The translations under genes were made by a program, and so were the position numbers. The notes beneath the pieces are model-generated. The model was given only the letters and a program-made list of their open reading frames with translations. It had not been told where the DNA came from and searched no databases. From the human T2T-CHM13v2.0 reference genome, Homo sapiens, in the NCBI RefSeq assembly GCF_009914755.1, contig NC_060929.1: a stretch of DNA of 64,000 nucleotides. The stretch is one strand, 5' to 3'. Positions 62,468 through 64,000 of the stretch are shown here, in pieces; positions within the stretch are counted from its first letter, which is position 1; every line of letters begins with the position of its first letter.

Positions 62468-62629
62468 TGAGCTGTGGTTTTTAAATTTTCTTACTTTTAA
62501 TATATTTCTTGAGGTATAATTTATATACCATTCAATAATCCATTGAAAATGTACATTTCAATTTTTTTTTTTTTAGGTATTTGTACAGTTGTCCCATTTT
62601 CACTACAATCTAGGGAAAACTGCATTTTT

Positions 62630-63454
62630 AAAATTTTTACTTTAGGTTCAGGGGTATATGTGCAGGTTTGTTATATAGGTAAACTGCGTGTCATGAGGGT
62701 TTGGTGTATAGATTATTTTGTCACCCAGGTTATAAGCATAGTAACCCGATAGGTAGTTTTTGATCCTCTTCCTCCTCTCACCATCCACCCTCAAGTAGGC
62801 CCTGGGATCTGTTGTTCCTCTTGTGTCCATGTGTTCTGATAGTCTAGCTACCACTTATAAGTGAGAACATGCGGTATTTGGTTTTCTGTTCCTGTATTAG
62901 TTCACTTAGGATAATGCCCTCCAGCTCCATCTATGTTGCTGCAGTGGTCAAGGCGTCGTTCTTGTTGATGGCTGTATAGTATTCCATGGTGTATATGTAC
63001 CACATTTTCTTTATCCAATCTACCGTTGATGGGCATTTAGGTTGATTCCATGTATTTGCTATTGTGAGTAGTGCTGCAATGAACATATCTGTGCATGTGT
63101 CTTTATAGTAGAATGATTTTTTTAATTTTATTATTGTTTTCTGGCCCTAATATCTGTGGGGAGCAGAAAAACTTATATTCCTTTGGGCACACATCCAGTA
63201 ATGAGATTGCTGGGTAGAATGGTAATTCTGTTTTAAGCTTTTTTGAGGAATTGCCACACTGCTTTTGACAATGGCTTAAACTAAATTACAATCCCATCAA
63301 CAGTGTGTAAGCATTCCCTTTTCTCTGCAACCTTGCCAGCATCTGTTACTTTTTGACTCTTTAATAGTAGTCATTCTGACTGGTGTGAGATAGTAACTCG
63401 TGGTTTTGATTTGTATTTCTCAAATGATTAGTGATGTTGGACATTTTTTCATAT
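62630..63454 (-). mobile_element. L1PA (~PA13-16) 5'-truncated copy with 15-bp TSD
   Basis: GGTTCAGGGGTATATGTGCAGGTTTGTTATATAGGTAAAC 3' end; TSD GAAAACTGCATTTTT at 62615-62629 and 63455-63469. Confidence 0.92.
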
Positions 63455-64000
63455 GAAAACTGCATTTTTTTTTGAAAGCTGCATTTTTAACAGGAGGCTT
63501 TCAGTAGCATGAGCTGGGCTGTCAAGTTGAGAAACCTGGCTAGAAGGGATCAGGTGGATTACATGAGTCTCATCCATTTTGGTTTGAGCTTTAGCATTGG
63601 TAAATAGGTCTTTGGAAGTAGAAAGTTCACTCTTGTTTTATAAAACCTCGGCAATGATATATTTAACATTGTTGCTTTTAGTATCCTCAGGTGATAGTAA
63701 GAGTCAATCATGCATGAACATTTACTTTGGCTGAGGTACAGATTTGAACCTTGCTCTCTGGGTCACTGGCTATAAAACTGAGTCCTTCAGCTAGTTGGTG
63801 AGTCTTGGCAATTCTCCAGCATCCATATCTCAAAACAGGTTTATTGTGTTTTACTTATAGGCACAATAGCTAGTTGTCTTAGAACGGAGGAATTATGCTC
63901 CCAACAAAGCTCTGATTATCATTACTGAAAATGGAGGACCTCATTTCAGTACTGAAAATAGATGTCTTTTATTTATAGGCAGAAAATAGAAATTTTGGAT

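Overview
This is primate, almost certainly human, genomic DNA. Bases 719-2490 hold the 3' end of MAT2B (methionine adenosyltransferase II beta subunit) on the + strand: the last two coding exons, the stop codon, and a ~1 kb AU-rich 3'UTR with three AATAAA signals. The remaining ~61 kb is a repeat-dense downstream region with about 30 Alu elements and fragments, several L1 fragments, MaLR/ERVL LTRs, Tigger/hAT DNA transposons, MIRs, L2 and microsatellites. No other protein-coding gene is supported, and most supplied ORFs are repeat-derived or chance ORFs. I found no evidence of a new multi-gene biological system. The most notable observations are a 5'-truncated, L1-retrotransposed HERV-W processed copy with a TSD (16871-17367), a near-consensus AluY with a perfect TSD, a ~90-bp locally templated duplication inserted into an L2, a tiny poly(A)-tailed orphan insertion with a TSD, an insertion with overlapping inverted repeats inside an MLT1 LTR, and a non-repeat CpG-rich island at ~49 kb. 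Repeat subfamily names come from recalled consensus sequences and their boundaries are approximate.
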